Source: Candidatus Latescibacterota bacterium (GTDB lineage Bacteria > Latescibacterota > UBA2968 > UBA8231). From it: a stretch of 64,000 bases of DNA. Under the pieces are notes generated by a model that saw nothing but the letters and a program-made list of their open reading frames with translations, had not been told where the DNA came from and did not search any database. This document shows positions 62,159 through 64,000 of the stretch, piece by piece; within the stretch, counting starts at the first letter, position 1, and each line of letters starts with the position of its first letter. Where the stretch lies: positions 282,639-346,638 of the forward strand of contig CBDCNM010000002.1 in assembly GCA_965219385.1 (NCBI GenBank). Direction: 5' to 3'. The position numbers were made by a program, and so were the translations under genes.

Positions 62159-64000
62159 ATGATGACCAAGATGATGAAAGCAGTCGCGCTGGCGGTGCTG
62201 TTCGCCGGCCCGTCGGTCGCGCAGCAAAACCCGCCCGGCCTGGACTGGCGACAGATCCGGACGGATCGATTCAAAGTCGTTTTTCCCGCGGCGATCAGCG
62301 CCGATGCCCAGCGGGTAGCCAATACGCTCGAACACATCTACGGCCCGGTCTCCAAAACGCTACGGGGACCGCAAAAACCGATAGATGTGGTGCTGGTCAA
62401 CCAGTCGACTCGGACCAACGCTTTTGTCGCCCTGGCGCCGCGCCGCAGCGTGTGGTTCAGCACCCCGCCCCAGATCGCGGGGCGGCTCAGCGGCGATTGG
62501 TACCAGTTGCTGGCGGTCCACGAGATGCGCCACATGGTGCAGGTTGACCGCCTGCGCCGGGGCTTCGTGCGCCTGGCCTGGCTCTTTTACGGCGAACAGG
62601 GCCAAGACCTAGCGGGTCTGTTGGTGCCGCCGTGGTTCTGGGAGGGGGATGCGGTGGGGGTCGAGACGGCGCTGAGCCGGACCGGGCGCGGGCGCATGCC
62701 CCAGTTCGCTCTGGACATCCAGGCCCTGCTTTTGGCGGGAGAGCGCTATTCCTACTACAAGGCCTACCACCGCTCGTACCGCGATTGGTACCCCAGTCAC
62801 TACCCGCTGGGATACTTTCTCACGACCTACGTCAAGCGCCACTACGGTGCCGAGACTTGGGACAAGGTCCTGGGTCGCACCGCCAGGTGGGGGTTCCACC
62901 CCTTTGCCTTCAGCCGGGCGCTCAGGAAGTACACCGGGGCCAGCGCCGCCCAGACCTACGAACGGACGATGGACGAGTTGACCGGGCTGTGGCAGACGCA
63001 GCAAGAAGACCTGCCCACGACGTCGTTACGGCTACTCCCCGGGCAGAGCCGCGCGGGCATCTGGACCAATTACGAATATCCGCAACCGCTGGCCGACGGC
63101 AGCGTGCTGGCGAGCAAGAGCGGCCTGGCAGACCCGGCGACGCTGGTGCGGCTGCACCCCGATGGCCGCGAAGAGGCCGTGCGCTTTTACCAACCCTTCG
63201 GCGGCATCCGCGCAGCCGGCGGCAAAGCGGCGTGGAACCGCTTCACTCCGGATCGGCGCTGGGGCTTTCGCAACTTCTCCGACGTGGTGGTGCTGGACAT
63301 CGACAGCGGCCGGATGCGCCAACTCACCCGCAAGGCCAAGTTGTTCGCACCCGCTCCTTCGCCCGATGGCATGCGCCTTGCCGCCGTTGAATTCGGACCG
63401 GACCGACGCTGCCACCTGGTGTTGTTGGAGACCGTCAGCGGCGCGGAGCAGGCCCGTTTTGCGGCCCCGGACGGGGTTTTCTGGCGCACGCCGGCGTGGT
63501 CGGAGGACGGACGCCATATCGCCGTGGTGCGGCAGGACGGCCGCGGCAACGCGCTCGAACGCATTGACGTTGCCGATGGCGAGGGGCAGATCGTGTTGCC
63601 GCCCACCCACGCCGATATTGGCTGGCCGGTCTTCTGGGGTTCCTACTTGCTGTTCAACTCGCCCCATTCGGGCATCGACAATATCCACGCGGTCCACCTG
63701 CCGAGCGGTGCCCGCTACCAGGTGACCTCTCGACCGCTGGCGGCCACCAACGCGGCGGTGGCCGGCGATTCGCTCCTGTTCCAGGAGTACACCGTCGACG
63801 GCTACCGCATCGCGGTCATGCCCCTCGACCCGGCGACCTGGACGCCGGTCGAGCAGGTCGCCGACCGGCGAATGCGCTACTACGAACCCCTGATCGCCCA
63901 GGAGCAGGGCGGCCCTGTGTTGGCGGACATCCCACAGCGGGTCTATCCGGTGAGCGGCTATCGGCCGCTGGGCCATCTGCTCAAAGTCCATAGCTGGTTT
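62159..64000 (+). CDS. Secreted gluzincin-like peptidase + TolB-like propeller protein (partial, runs off the window; missing from the ORF track)
   Basis: The frame is open from MMTKMMKAVALAVL to the window end; LDWRQIRTDRF, AVHEMRH, PWFWEGDAV, SPDG / PAWSEDG repeats. Confidence 0.85.
   Translation, partial: MMTKMMKAVALAVLFAGPSVAQQNPPGLDWRQIRTDRFKVVFPAAISADAQRVANTLEHIYGPVSKTLRGPQKPIDVVLVNQSTRTNAFVALAPRRSVWFSTPPQIAGRLSGDWYQLLAVHEMRHMVQVDRLRRGFVRLAWLFYGEQGQDLAGLLVPPWFWEGDAVGVETALSRTGRGRMPQFALDIQALLLAGERYSYYKAYHRSYRDWYPSHYPLGYFLTTYVKRHYGAETWDKVLGRTARWGFHPFAFSRALRKYTGASAAQTYERTMDELTGLWQTQQEDLPTTSLRLLPGQSRAGIWTNYEYPQPLADGSVLASKSGLADPATLVRLHPDGREEAVRFYQPFGGIRAAGGKAAWNRFTPDRRWGFRNFSDVVVLDIDSGRMRQLTRKAKLFAPAPSPDGMRLAAVEFGPDRRCHLVLLETVSGAEQARFAAPDGVFWRTPAWSEDGRHIAVVRQDGRGNALERIDVADGEGQIVLPPTHADIGWPVFWGSYLLFNSPHSGIDNIHAVHLPSGARYQVTSRPLAATNAAVAGDSLLFQEYTVDGYRIAVMPLDPATWTPVEQVADRRMRYYEPLIAQEQGGPVLADIPQRVYPVSGYRPLGHLLKVHSWF

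Overview
Bacterial window, probably from an FCB-superphylum lineage outside Bacteroidota (Latescibacterota/Gemmatimonadota-like; inferred from PorU/PorV homologues, FlgD/T9SS-type C-terminal domains and high GC). Layout: (1) 1-1.4 kb, the end of a DUF6029-like gene and an unannotated selenoprotein (signal peptide + UxxC redoxin + T9SS/FlgD-type CTD, with a SECIS-like hairpin) that the ORF track splits at its TGA; (2) ~1.6-7.3 kb, a patchwork of gene fragments (FAH-family, TIM-barrel, hisS, galactonate-dehydratase-like, SRAP, IS630, AbiEi/AbiEii) next to the 3' end of tRNA-Met; (3) 7.7-49.8 kb, a housekeeping block (comF, pgk-tpiA-secG-tRNA-Leu, rpmB, folK/folB/purD/era, lexA, tilS-ftsH-folP-cdaA, argR-B-D-H, ligA, cyoE, mobA, larB) containing a 14-kb T9SS-like envelope operon, in which the PorU sortase has Ser at the apparent catalytic Cys position and an M6-protease-like partner lacks HExxH; (4) 49.9-55.3 kb, an IS1595 remnant, an intact-looking IS5, a broken Type IIG/ISP-like restriction-modification gene and a MITE; (5) 55.4-64 kb, high-GC genes: GT2, D-aminoacylase, hydantoinase B/A, a CocE remnant and a partial peptidase/TolB-like protein. 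All calls come from reading the sequence and recalling family motifs; no searches were run.
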